Shown one piece after another: positions 31,430-41,172 of a stretch of 64,000 nt of DNA; position 1 is the stretch's first letter, and every line of letters starts with the position of its first letter. The notes beneath the pieces were generated by a model, which saw nothing but the letters and a program-made list of their open reading frames with translations, ran no database searches and was not told the DNA's origin. Origin of the DNA: Caldicoprobacterales bacterium (GTDB lineage Bacteria; Bacillota; Clostridia; Caldicoprobacterales; UBA3941). Location of the stretch: positions 642,397 through 706,396 of the forward strand of contig JBMNFJ010000016.1 in assembly GCA_050949255.1 (NCBI GenBank), read 5' to 3'. The position numbers and the translations under genes were made by a program.

Positions 31430-32371
31430 ATGAATTGGATTGAATTAGCGATAAAAACTACCGGTGAAGGCATAGATGCAGTCACAGAGATTCTAAACAG
31501 TGTGGGAATAAACGGCGTTATAGTTGAAGATCCCCGGGATATTGAACAGTTTAAAGCCAATAAGTCTGATTGGGTTTATGTGGATGAGGCTTTGAATTAT
31601 AGACATAAAGGTGTAGTGATTAAGGGTTATTTACCCGATAATGACTCAGCATACGAGAATGTCCAGACTGTCAAAAATAGACTTGAATGGTTGACTAAAC
31701 AGGATTTTGGTATAGACATAGGATCAGGGGAGTTAAGGCTTAGTAATGTTAGAGAAGAAGATTGGGCAAATAGTTGGAAGCAATATTTTAAACCTAAAAA
31801 GATAGGTAAATACTTGGTAATAAAACCCAGCTGGGAGGAGTATCACCCATTGGAAGGAGAGGTTATCCTGGAATTGGATCCGGGTATGGCCTTTGGAACG
31901 GGTACCCATGAAACTACTATTTTGTGCGCCAGGGCACTGGAAGATTGGATAACCCATGACAAAACCCTATTGGATGTAGGGACTGGAACGGGCATTCTGG
32001 CTATAGCCGGTATCTTATTAGGTGCAAAAAGTGCCTTAGCTATAGATCTGGATTTTGATGCGGTGAGAATAGCCAAAGAAAACGCCAATAGGAATAAGGT
32101 AGCCGAAAAAATAGAAGTGGTTCATGGCAATCTTATGGATAAGGTACAAGAGAAATTTGAGGTTGTGGTTGTCAATATTATTGCAGATGTAATAATAGAG
32201 ATTACCAGAGGAATAAAAGAGTATTTAACTGATGACGGTATTTTTATAGCCTCAGGTATAATACTGGATCGAATAAATGACGTCGAAAAGGCAATCAAAA
32301 GGGCTGAACTTACTATCATAGAAACAAAGACAATGGGAGAGTGGGCAGTGGTGGTGAGTCGCAATGAGTAG
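31430..32371 (+). CDS. prmA: Ribosomal protein L11 methyltransferase
   Basis: EDW..SWKQYF, DPGMAFGTGTH, DVGTGTG. Confidence 0.96.
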   Translation: MNWIELAIKTTGEGIDAVTEILNSVGINGVIVEDPRDIEQFKANKSDWVYVDEALNYRHKGVVIKGYLPDNDSAYENVQTVKNRLEWLTKQDFGIDIGSGELRLSNVREEDWANSWKQYFKPKKIGKYLVIKPSWEEYHPLEGEVILELDPGMAFGTGTHETTILCARALEDWITHDKTLLDVGTGTGILAIAGILLGAKSALAIDLDFDAVRIAKENANRNKVAEKIEVVHGNLMDKVQEKFEVVVVNIIADVIIEITRGIKEYLTDDGIFIASGIILDRINDVEKAIKRAELTIIETKTMGEWAVVVSRNE

Positions 32372-33122
32372 GTATTTTATAGACGCTGCCCATATAGTTG
32401 ATTCACATATAGAGATTACCGGAGAGGATGCAGGACATATACTCCGGGTTTTAAGATATGAGCCTGGTGATTCCATTATTCTTTGTGACGGGGCAGGGTT
32501 AGATTATCCTGCCGTTATTATTGAAACTGGAAAGGACAGGTTAATCGCCAGGCTGGGGGATGGTTACCCGTCAAAGGGTGAACCGGATGCTAAAGTGGTT
32601 CTATATCAAGGCATACCCAAAAGCTCCAAAATGGATATAATAATCCAAAAATGTGTAGAGCTAGGGATCCATAGCATTATTCCATTGAATACATCAAGAA
32701 CTGTTGTAAACCTGTCCGAAGCTAAAAAGATTCATAAAAGAGTAGAAAGATGGCAAAAGATTGCCCGGGAAGCCGCTAAGCAGAGCAATAGGGGCATGAT
32801 ACCTCAAATAGGATTCCCTGTCGACTTCTCAGACCTTGTAACCTCAGCTGCACATCCTATTAAGCTCATACCCTGGGAAGGGGAAGTGAATCTTGGTCTA
32901 AAGTGCTATTTTGATAAACATAAGAATGATATATATAAGGAAGATAGGACAGAGATAGGAGTAATTATCGGTCCCGAAGGCGGACTTAGTTATGAGGAGA
33001 TTGACCTGGCCAAAAAATGTGGATGGGTAACCGTAACTTTAGGGCCTAGGATCCTTAGAACCGAGACTGCCGGGATAGCTGCTTTGGCGGTAATTATGTC
33101 ATATATGGGGGAAATGGAATGA
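32364..33122 (+). CDS. rsmE: 16S rRNA m3U1498 methyltransferase
   Basis: VLR, ELG, IGPEGG, LGPRILRTETA. Confidence 0.96.
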   Translation: MSRYFIDAAHIVDSHIEITGEDAGHILRVLRYEPGDSIILCDGAGLDYPAVIIETGKDRLIARLGDGYPSKGEPDAKVVLYQGIPKSSKMDIIIQKCVELGIHSIIPLNTSRTVVNLSEAKKIHKRVERWQKIAREAAKQSNRGMIPQIGFPVDFSDLVTSAAHPIKLIPWEGEVNLGLKCYFDKHKNDIYKEDRTEIGVIIGPEGGLSYEEIDLAKKCGWVTVTLGPRILRTETAGIAALAVIMSYMGEME

Positions 33123-34468
33123 AATCAAAGCATGGTAAATCAGTGGCTTTTCATACTTTAGGTTGCAAAGTCAACCAATATGATACCCAAGCCATGCAGG
33201 AAAAATTTATTCAAAATGGATATAATATAACTGAATTCGATCAGATCGCTGATGTATATGTAATCAATACCTGCACTGTGACCAGTCTGGGAGACAGAAA
33301 ATCGAGGCAAATGATTCGCAGGGCTAATCGATTAAATCCTAATGCAGTTATTGCTGTTGTCGGGTGCTACGCTCAGACCGCAGCCAAGGAGATATTGAAT
33401 ATCCCCGGGGTGGATCTGGTATTGGGCACGAGGGATAGAAATGATATAGTCCAGCTTGTTGAAAAGGCACGGAATATGGATAGACCTATAGATGCCGTCC
33501 AGGATATTATGCAGGTAAAGGAATTTGAGGAGATGCCCATCACTACCTATGAAGATAAGACCAGGGCTGTACTCAAGATTCAGGAGGGGTGTGATCGGTA
33601 TTGCTCATATTGTATCATACCCTATGCCAGAGGTCCTGTAAGAAGTCGTAGACCTATGGATGTGATACGTCAGGTGAATGACCTTGTAAATGACGGATTT
33701 CAAGAATTTGTCTTAACCGGGATACATGTAGCGTCCTATGGCAAAGACTTGAAGGGCGTGGATTTATTAAGCCTGATAAAAGAAATCCACGGTGTGGAAG
33801 GTGTAAAAAGGATTAGATTGGGATCTTTAGAGCCTACCCTAATAACAGAGGATTTTGTTAGAGAAATAAAAAATATGCCCAAGGTTTGCAGTCATTATCA
33901 CCTGTCTTTGCAGAGTGGGAACGATTTAACCCTGGAGAGAATGAATCGAAAGTACACAACAAGGCAATATAGGGAAATAGTGGACAGACTACGAAGACAT
34001 ATATCCGATGTAGCTATCACCACGGATATAATGGTGGGCTTTCCCGGTGAGACCCAGGAAGAATTTGATAGCACAGTGGAATTTGTAAAGGAGATCAATT
34101 TCAGCCGGATTCATGTTTTTAAATATTCCCCCAGGAACGGTACACCGGCGGCAAGATATAAAGACCAAATTGCAGAGGATATAAAAGAATCTAGGAGTCG
34201 TAAATTGATAGCTCTGGGCCGGGAAATGGAAAAAAGCTATCTAAGATCATTTATAGGCAGGGAAGAATGGGTCTTATTCGAAGAGGCCAGCAAGAGTAAG
34301 GACGGCTGGTATGAAGGCTACACGGAACACTATATAAGGGTAGCTGTACAGGGAGATGAGCGACTTATAGGCTCAATAGTTTTAGTAGCTATGGAGGGTT
34401 TAGAAGATAATTTAGTATTGGGAAGGTTGACCAATATAGACGAAAAAAGTCAATCCATCCAGCCATAA
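33119..34468 (+). CDS. mtaB: tRNA t6A37 methylthiotransferase
   Basis: TLGCKVNQY, NTCTVT, GCDRYCSYC, C-terminal TRAM domain. Confidence 0.95.
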   Translation: MKSKHGKSVAFHTLGCKVNQYDTQAMQEKFIQNGYNITEFDQIADVYVINTCTVTSLGDRKSRQMIRRANRLNPNAVIAVVGCYAQTAAKEILNIPGVDLVLGTRDRNDIVQLVEKARNMDRPIDAVQDIMQVKEFEEMPITTYEDKTRAVLKIQEGCDRYCSYCIIPYARGPVRSRRPMDVIRQVNDLVNDGFQEFVLTGIHVASYGKDLKGVDLLSLIKEIHGVEGVKRIRLGSLEPTLITEDFVREIKNMPKVCSHYHLSLQSGNDLTLERMNRKYTTRQYREIVDRLRRHISDVAITTDIMVGFPGETQEEFDSTVEFVKEINFSRIHVFKYSPRNGTPAARYKDQIAEDIKESRSRKLIALGREMEKSYLRSFIGREEWVLFEEASKSKDGWYEGYTEHYIRVAVQGDERLIGSIVLVAMEGLEDNLVLGRLTNIDEKSQSIQP

Positions 34469-34488
34469 TATCTTATAAAAATAATAAA

Positions 34489-34516
34489 GAAGGATTTTAA
34501 GGTATTGATGTAGAAT
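34489..34516 (+). promoter_or_regulatory. SigmaH-type promoter before the HIT gene
   Basis: GAAGGATTT-N12-GTAGAAT fits RNAGGAWWW-N11/12-RNNGAAT. Confidence 0.6.
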
Positions 34517-34543
34517 ATAAAATTTGGGAAGGAGGTGCTGGAT

Positions 34544-34897
34544 ATGCCGGATAACCAAAATTGCGTTTTTTGTAAAATAATTAATGGGGAGATCCCATCA
34601 AAAAAGGTATATGAAGATGATAGGATTATTGCTTTTCATGATATCGCGCCAAATGCACCAGTACATGTATTGGTTATTCCCAAAGAGCATATTCCCTCAT
34701 TAAATCACGTAAGCGATGAAAATAGTGAAATTCTTTCCGATATAATGGTGCTAATACCCCAAATAGCTAAGAAGTTGGGAGTTTATGAGTCTGGATACAG
34801 GGTTATAGTTAATTGTGGCTCTGACAGTGGGATGATGGTTGAACATTTGCATTTTCATATATTAGGGGGTTGTCCTCTACCGGAAAAGTTAGCATAG
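34544..34897 (+). CDS. Histidine triad nucleotide-binding protein
   Basis: CVFCKI and HLHFH triad. Confidence 0.95.
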   Translation: MPDNQNCVFCKIINGEIPSKKVYEDDRIIAFHDIAPNAPVHVLVIPKEHIPSLNHVSDENSEILSDIMVLIPQIAKKLGVYESGYRVIVNCGSDSGMMVEHLHFHILGGCPLPEKLA

Positions 34898-34911
34898 TTA
34901 TAACTTCATTA

Positions 34912-34941
34912 TTGACATTAGGAAAAGCCCTGAGATATAAT
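34912..34941 (+). promoter_or_regulatory. SigmaA promoter for rpsU
   Basis: TTGACA-N18-TATAAT. Confidence 0.75.
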
Positions 34942-35024
34942 GGAGTAGTTGTTGCTAGAACATCCCTTTTAGATTCTCATTTTGCATGACAGGGTAATTG
35001 TTCCAGCGGAGGGAGGGAAGGCGA

Positions 35025-35210
35025 ATGTCTGAGATTAAGGTAGGGGAAAATGAATCCTTCGAAAATGCTTTGAAACGCTTCAAGCGCCAATGTGCAAGAT
35101 CAGGAGTTTTAGCAGAAATCCGCAAAAGGGAGCACTATGAAAAACCCAGCGTTAGGCGTAAAAAGAAATCTGAAGCAGCCCGTAAGGCGGCTAGAAGAAG
35201 AAAATATTAG
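35025..35210 (+). CDS. rpsU: 30S ribosomal protein S21
   Basis: ALKRFKR...REHYEKPS. Confidence 0.97.
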   Translation: MSEIKVGENESFENALKRFKRQCARSGVLAEIRKREHYEKPSVRRKKKSEAARKAARRRKY

Positions 35211-35350
35211 ATTTGGCTCAATGGTATCAATTCAGTAGATAATGGAAATATAGGACTCAATCCATAAAATATGAGAATCACTAAAGGCATAGGTTTGTTT
35301 TGGTATAGACAACAGCAAACTCAGGAGAAAATCCAGATATTTTTAAAGAT

Positions 35351-35380
35351 AAAACCTGATGGTTAACATCAGGTTTTTTT
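35351..35380 (+). terminator. Terminator downstream of rpsU
   Basis: AAAACCTGATG-N5-CATCAGGTTTTTTT. Confidence 0.85.
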
Positions 35381-35493
35381 GTTATCACTTCATATTTTTT
35401 ACCAGGGACTAATCGACTCCATAATAATGAAAATAGTCAAAAAATATAGTATAATATAAATAGTTCATTCTTGGGGTAAAGGGCGGTTTAATT

Positions 35494-36438
35494 ATGGGGT
35501 CTGGAGGTCTAAAGTATTTTATTATAAAACTGTTGTTCTTATCCTTAACAACCCTTGGGCTTAACTACTGGGGGTCTACTACGGTGTTTCGATATAAAAG
35601 GCCATCTCTACAAAAACAAACTGCTGTATCCAGAGGATCAGAAGAGTTAAGATCTAAAGTCTTATTTCAAAAAAATGAAATTGGAGAAACTGAAATAGTG
35701 GTTTTGACCTTTAATATCTGTCACGGTGTGAATAAAAAAGGTGAGGAATCCCTAAATGCCATTATTGAATCCATACGAAATGCAAATGCCCACATAATAG
35801 GTCTCCAAGAGGTTGACAGATTTATGCCCCGATCAAAGTTTAAGGACCAGGCAAAAGAAATTGCAGATGCTCTAGGGTACAATTACGTTTATGGAGAAAC
35901 CATAAATATCTTGGGTATTCAATATGGTAATGCAATCCTTAGTCAATTTCCTATTATTGAACATGAGAATAAAAAACTGCCCGGAGATAGTATTGAATCA
36001 CGTGCACTGCTAAGAGTAAAAATTGATTTAGGGGACAACTTTTTCGAGGTCTACACAACCCATTTAGGCCTCACGGCGGCGGATAGGGAGCAGCAAATCA
36101 AATCAATCAATGCATCCTTAGAACAATCAGTTGAACCTGTTATACTTATGGGCGATTTTAATGCCGGGCCATTAAATGAAGAAATGACCCAATTATCTCC
36201 CATAGTCTCTGACATTGCTAAAATTGTACAGAAGGAGGATCTATACACCTATGCCTTTTATAGCGATACTCCAAATACCCGTATAGACAGGATTTACGTC
36301 AGCGATAATGTAAATGTTGTAGATTATTTTGTTTTGGATTCTTCTATATCAGACCATTCCATGGTACTGGGTATATTATCAATAAATAATTTTACAAAAG
36401 AAGGACTTATGGCATATATAAGGAATAATAATAGATAG
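35494..36438 (+). CDS. Endonuclease/exonuclease/phosphatase (EEP) family protein with N-terminal membrane anchor or signal
   Basis: TFNI, LQEVD, THL, GDFN, RIDRI, SDH motifs. Confidence 0.88.
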   Translation: MGSGGLKYFIIKLLFLSLTTLGLNYWGSTTVFRYKRPSLQKQTAVSRGSEELRSKVLFQKNEIGETEIVVLTFNICHGVNKKGEESLNAIIESIRNANAHIIGLQEVDRFMPRSKFKDQAKEIADALGYNYVYGETINILGIQYGNAILSQFPIIEHENKKLPGDSIESRALLRVKIDLGDNFFEVYTTHLGLTAADREQQIKSINASLEQSVEPVILMGDFNAGPLNEEMTQLSPIVSDIAKIVQKEDLYTYAFYSDTPNTRIDRIYVSDNVNVVDYFVLDSSISDHSMVLGILSINNFTKEGLMAYIRNNNR

Positions 36439-36479
36439 GAGTATACCCAAAATCTATAATTGTTTAAAGGCGGGACTAT

Positions 36480-37781
36480 ATGAAGAAAAGTATCCTTGTG
36501 GTAGTTATAGGTTTGATACTATTAATTACAATTGGGACAAATTTTATGGAAATAAGGGCATACAGCCGGGAAACTGTATATATTATACCTATAAAGGGAG
36601 AAATAACTCCTGCTATGGCTACATTTTTCAGGAATAGCGTCAAAGATGCGGAAGAACAAAAGGTAGATGCAATACTGTTGGAGATATCTACCCTTGGTGG
36701 AAGGGTGGATGCTGCATTTCGGATGAAAGAGGCTATAGAGGAGACGAATATACCCATTATAGTATACATAATGGATAGGGCTGTATCAGCTGGAGCTCTT
36801 TTATCCATTAGTGCCCCCAGAATTATTATGGCACCGGGAAGCCATATAGGGGCAGCTGAACCTATACCATACAGCATCAAGGCTGTAGCAGCTATTAGAG
36901 GTGAATTTGAAGCCGCAGCAGAAAGGAATGGAAGGGATAAAACCATAGCCGCCGCAATGGTTGATAAAGACATTGATATCCCAGGACTTTCCCCTGCTGG
37001 CTCCTTATTGGATATAACCGCCGAAACTGCTAAGGAATATGGATATGCCGAAGCAGTACTACAAGGTCGACAAAATGTTTTGGCCTATCTGGGATTTGCA
37101 GAGGCAAATATAATTGAATCTACACCGAATCTATTGACCAAGCTAGCCCAATTTATTACCCAAGGCAGTGTGGCTCCTCTAATACTGGCATTAGGGATAA
37201 TAGCAATTATAGTCGAGATATTTACAGAGGGCTTTGGCATATTCGGTATTATTGGAATCGGTGCTCTTACCCTCTATTTTGGTGCTAACCTCATTGCGGG
37301 TTATTCACAATGGTGGCCTTTTTTTCTGTTTATAATTGGTGTTATACTGTTGATTATAGAGGCAATGATTCCTGGATTCGGTATTTTGGGGATCAGCGGA
37401 ATAAGTGCTATGTGTATAGGTATAGTGTTTGCTTCCTCAGATCCTGTAAGGGGAATTAAGAATCTAGGCATTGCTACCGGGCTAACTGTGATTATTGCTC
37501 CAATACTTATATACTTACTTGTACGGTCGGGTGCCTTTAAAAGACTCGTTTTACCTGATGCTATTATTGGTGAATCTGAAACTGTCGAGGAAGACGGTAG
37601 TGTAGATCTACTTGGTAAAAGGGGTGTAGCCTTAACCACCTTAAGGCCTTCAGGGATTGTTAGCATTGATGGTACTAGATTTGATGCGGTTACCCAAGGC
37701 GAGTATATCGAATCCGGTTCATGCATCAAGGTGGTCCAGACAAGAGGTCTATCAGTGATTGTAGAAAGGGACAAAGTATAA
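36480..37781 (+). CDS. Long-form NfeD (YqeZ-like) membrane protein with ClpP-class protease domain
   Basis: STLGG, AVSAGA, MAPGSHIGAAEP, several TMs, TLRPSG OB-fold tail. Confidence 0.9.
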   Translation: MKKSILVVVIGLILLITIGTNFMEIRAYSRETVYIIPIKGEITPAMATFFRNSVKDAEEQKVDAILLEISTLGGRVDAAFRMKEAIEETNIPIIVYIMDRAVSAGALLSISAPRIIMAPGSHIGAAEPIPYSIKAVAAIRGEFEAAAERNGRDKTIAAAMVDKDIDIPGLSPAGSLLDITAETAKEYGYAEAVLQGRQNVLAYLGFAEANIIESTPNLLTKLAQFITQGSVAPLILALGIIAIIVEIFTEGFGIFGIIGIGALTLYFGANLIAGYSQWWPFFLFIIGVILLIIEAMIPGFGILGISGISAMCIGIVFASSDPVRGIKNLGIATGLTVIIAPILIYLLVRSGAFKRLVLPDAIIGESETVEEDGSVDLLGKRGVALTTLRPSGIVSIDGTRFDAVTQGEYIESGSCIKVVQTRGLSVIVERDKV

Positions 37782-37859
37782 ATAAAGCTTACATCCAGGT
37801 TTCGTCTATGCTCCAGGCTTTAGGCTGCTGGATAGCAATGAAATAAGGAGGATATATAA

Positions 37860-38249
37860 ATGTCTGAGATATTGATTTTGGTTATATTCGTATCCATTAT
37901 TGTTAATATTGTGAAGGCAATAGGTGGGACAAAAAAACCACAAACCAGGGGAACAAATGTGGGGATCCCTTCTGATCCTCAAGGGACTGGTGTGAATAGG
38001 ACTGGTCCGGAATATACAATCGGAACGGAAAGCCCCATCCTTAAAAAACAGCCAACAATACAAACGAAATTGGAACTCAATCATCGAAATAATGTAAGAA
38101 GGATAGAACAAAAGCCTATCGTTACCCAAACGAAGAAACAGTATAAAGGAATACCCGAAGGGTTGACCCGGGATAAACTAATAGAGGGTATAATCCTATC
38201 TGAAATTCTGTCGGCTCCAAAGAGTAAAAGAAGAAAGAACATCATCTAG
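37860..38249 (+). CDS. YqfB-like membrane-anchored hypothetical protein
   Basis: N-terminal TM, low-complexity linker, C-terminal GIILSEILSAPKS motif; position after nfeD. Confidence 0.65.
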   Translation: MSEILILVIFVSIIVNIVKAIGGTKKPQTRGTNVGIPSDPQGTGVNRTGPEYTIGTESPILKKQPTIQTKLELNHRNNVRRIEQKPIVTQTKKQYKGIPEGLTRDKLIEGIILSEILSAPKSKRRKNII

Positions 38250-38335
38250 TAGGGGTAATACCTATAATATGTAACATTAAAGAATTCTTTATAAAAATAA
38301 GCAAGTTTCCTGGTCAATATACAGCCCTTTAGCGG

Positions 38336-38367
38336 AACTAGAATGGTTAATACATTCTAGTTTTTTT
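38336..38367 (+). terminator. Terminator before yqfC
   Basis: AACTAGAATG-N7-CATTCTAGTT followed by T-tract. Confidence 0.8.
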
Positions 38368-38498
38368 ATTTTTGCATAGAATAGATTAGTCAAGTAGTTT
38401 AATGAGATATTTTAATTAGTCACAGAGTATAAAGATCAAGTTTAATTTCAGTTGTGTAACTACTAAAATAGCCAAGTGACATTTAAGGGGGTAGTTTT

Positions 38499-38777
38499 AT
38501 GAAAAAAAAGAAGTTGCAGACAGTAAGATCTACTGTTTCTGAGATGTTTGAGCTACCCAAAGAAATTACCCTCAATATGCCAAAAATAAGTTTGATTGGC
38601 AACAATCAGATGTTGGTGGAAAACCATAGGGGCATAATCGAATATACACCAAACATCATAAGGGTTAATTCAACTGTAGGGGTAATTAGGGTTCAGGGGA
38701 ATGAGCTGCATCTCCGAAATATAGCTGCCGAAGATATTATGATAAGCGGGGAAATAGTGTCTATAGAGTTTATATAG
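38499..38777 (+). CDS. yqfC: Sporulation protein YqfC (YabP/YqfC family)
   Basis: ELPKE...PKI...VENHRGIIEY. Confidence 0.93.
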   Translation: MKKKKLQTVRSTVSEMFELPKEITLNMPKISLIGNNQMLVENHRGIIEYTPNIIRVNSTVGVIRVQGNELHLRNIAAEDIMISGEIVSIEFI

Positions 38778-38884
38778 GGACCATAACCATGTGAAAATTC
38801 TGTCAATAAATCCGGGTGATATGATCCTTTCTATGGAATAATACCTCAGGCAAGGGTATAAATGTCAATTGGGGGGTGAGTGCC

Positions 38885-40075
38885 ATGATCTTTATAAAGA
38901 TTTGGAATTCTATCATAGGATATCTAGTTATAAAAGTAGATGGTCTGTCCCTGGAAAAGTTTATTAATCTCTGCGTTAGCAGGGGTATTAGGCTATGGGG
39001 GATTAAGCGGATAAGCTATACATCCCTTGTTGCCAATATAGGTATCAAAGATTTTAAAGCCTTGCCACCCATTGTAAGAAAAGTACATTCTAAAATAAAA
39101 ATAGTAAATAAAAAAGGATTGCCCTTTCTCTTATATCGTTTTAGACATCGGAAGATGCTACTAATTGGAATAGTAATATTTATGGCTACTTTGTATGTCC
39201 TGTCATCTTTTATTTGGCAGGTTGATGTAGTAGGAACATTAAAGATTAACCCGGACATTATTTATGCCAATCTCGAAGAAAAGGGTTTAAAACCAGGGGC
39301 ATACAAGGGAAATCTGGATACTTGGAAGATAGAGAATGAAATGCTAATAGAAATTCCTGAACTTTCATGGATAAGCATAGAATTCAAAGGGACCAAAGCC
39401 ATAATAAGGGTTATAGAGGGAGAAAGACCTCCTAAACTGTTGGATGCTAAAACACCATGTAATATTATCGCCTCCAAGGACGGAATTATAAATCAACTCC
39501 TAGTCTTAGAAGGAGATGCTATGGTAGAGGTTGGCGAAACTGTAAGAAAGGGGCAACTTTTAGTCAGCGGAATAATACACCATGAAGATACGAACACACT
39601 CCGTTATGTACATGCCAAAGCCAAAATATTCGCCAGAACATGGTATGAGGGAAGAGGATATGGGGATATTAAGGATGCTTTAAAGGTAAGAACAGGGAGA
39701 AAAGTTACCCACAAGGTTCTGGAAACAAAAGAATGGGAGATTGGCATAGATAGAAAAGAGATACCATTTGAAGAATATGAGGTTGAAGAGAGAAGGGAAC
39801 CCTTTCTGGGTATATCAGAAATCGAGTCGATTTCCTGGATCATTAGAGATTATTATGAGCTAAAGACAATAACTCAGGGTGATGGGATGAATCTGGCCAA
39901 GGAAAAGGCCTCTGAAAGAGCCATAGAGGATGCTCTTAAAAGAATTCCCAAGGGAGCGAAAATCATTGACAAAAAGTTCAAATACGATATTATAAAAGAT
40001 AAAGGTTATGAAGCAATAGTATATATAGAAGTATTGGAAGATATTGCAGAACAGGTGGAGCTTTTAACCAATTAG
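38885..40075 (+). CDS. yqfD: Sporulation protein YqfD
   Basis: EKFINLC, GLPF, IWQVDV.G, GQLLVSG, ARTWYE. Confidence 0.92.
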   Translation: MIFIKIWNSIIGYLVIKVDGLSLEKFINLCVSRGIRLWGIKRISYTSLVANIGIKDFKALPPIVRKVHSKIKIVNKKGLPFLLYRFRHRKMLLIGIVIFMATLYVLSSFIWQVDVVGTLKINPDIIYANLEEKGLKPGAYKGNLDTWKIENEMLIEIPELSWISIEFKGTKAIIRVIEGERPPKLLDAKTPCNIIASKDGIINQLLVLEGDAMVEVGETVRKGQLLVSGIIHHEDTNTLRYVHAKAKIFARTWYEGRGYGDIKDALKVRTGRKVTHKVLETKEWEIGIDRKEIPFEEYEVEERREPFLGISEIESISWIIRDYYELKTITQGDGMNLAKEKASERAIEDALKRIPKGAKIIDKKFKYDIIKDKGYEAIVYIEVLEDIAEQVELLTN

Positions 40076-40086
40076 GAGGAAGTTAT

Positions 40087-41070
40087 TTGGAGGAAATTCA
40101 AAAGGAAAGATTTATTGATATTCAAAATCTTAGTCATATGATGGAGCTCTTTGGAAAATTTGATGAAAACATCCGATTGCTGGAAGAGGAATTTGGAGTG
40201 CAGATAATTGCACGCCAGACTCAGCTTCGGATCATCGGCAATGAGAAATCCGTTGATATGGCTTTTACTGTACTAAATAAGCTTTTAGAAGGAATAGAGG
40301 ATGGTACCAGGGTAGATAAGAGCAGGGTGAGGTATCTGACCCAATTAGTAAAGGCTGGAGAAACCGACCATATTGTAGAGTTGACAGGTGACGTTATATG
40401 TGTCACCTATAAGGGTAAGCAAATTAAGTGCAAAACTTTAGGTCAGGCCCAATACGTGAATGCCATGAGGCAAAATGATATTGTGTTTGGTATTGGGCCT
40501 GCTGGTACCGGAAAGACATATCTTGCTATGGCCATGGCAGTTAATGCCTTCAAGAATAAGGAGGTAAGTCGGATCATTTTGACCCGCCCGGCAGTGGAGG
40601 CCGGAGAAAAACTTGGGTTTCTACCCGGGGATCTACAAAACAAGGTAGACCCCTATCTAAGGCCTTTATATGATGCATTGCATGACTTGATGGGCCTCGA
40701 GACTTATACTAGGCTAATTGATCGGGGTGTTATCGAAGTGGCTCCATTGGCTTATATGCGTGGGAGAACATTGGATGACGCATTTATAATACTGGATGAG
40801 GCCCAGAATACCACCTCCGAGCAGATGAAGATGTTTTTAACCCGTCTTGGGATAGGTTCCAAAGCCGTAATAAATGGGGATATAACCCAAATAGATCTAG
40901 TGTCGGGAGCAAAATCCGGTCTGGTAGAGGCCTCCGAGATATTAAAAGGGATCAATGGGATCGGCTTTGTGCGTTTAACCCACAGTGACGTTGTCAGGCA
41001 TGAGCTTGTAATGTCAATTATAAGGGCCTATGATAATTATCACAGAAGGAAAAAGAGCGACATTTCTTAA
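40087..41070 (+). CDS. phoH: PhoH-family ATPase
   Basis: GPAGTGKT, RPAVEAGEKLGFLPGD, YMRGRT, DEAQN. Confidence 0.96.
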   Translation: MEEIQKERFIDIQNLSHMMELFGKFDENIRLLEEEFGVQIIARQTQLRIIGNEKSVDMAFTVLNKLLEGIEDGTRVDKSRVRYLTQLVKAGETDHIVELTGDVICVTYKGKQIKCKTLGQAQYVNAMRQNDIVFGIGPAGTGKTYLAMAMAVNAFKNKEVSRIILTRPAVEAGEKLGFLPGDLQNKVDPYLRPLYDALHDLMGLETYTRLIDRGVIEVAPLAYMRGRTLDDAFIILDEAQNTTSEQMKMFLTRLGIGSKAVINGDITQIDLVSGAKSGLVEASEILKGINGIGFVRLTHSDVVRHELVMSIIRAYDNYHRRKKSDIS

Positions 41071-41172
41071 GTAACCAATGATACCTAATAAGGTTGGGAG
41101 ATGTCGACTCGCTATTCCCATATTAGATTTCTTTTTGTGTAAGTTCTTCTATTCAGGAAGAGGGAGATAATA

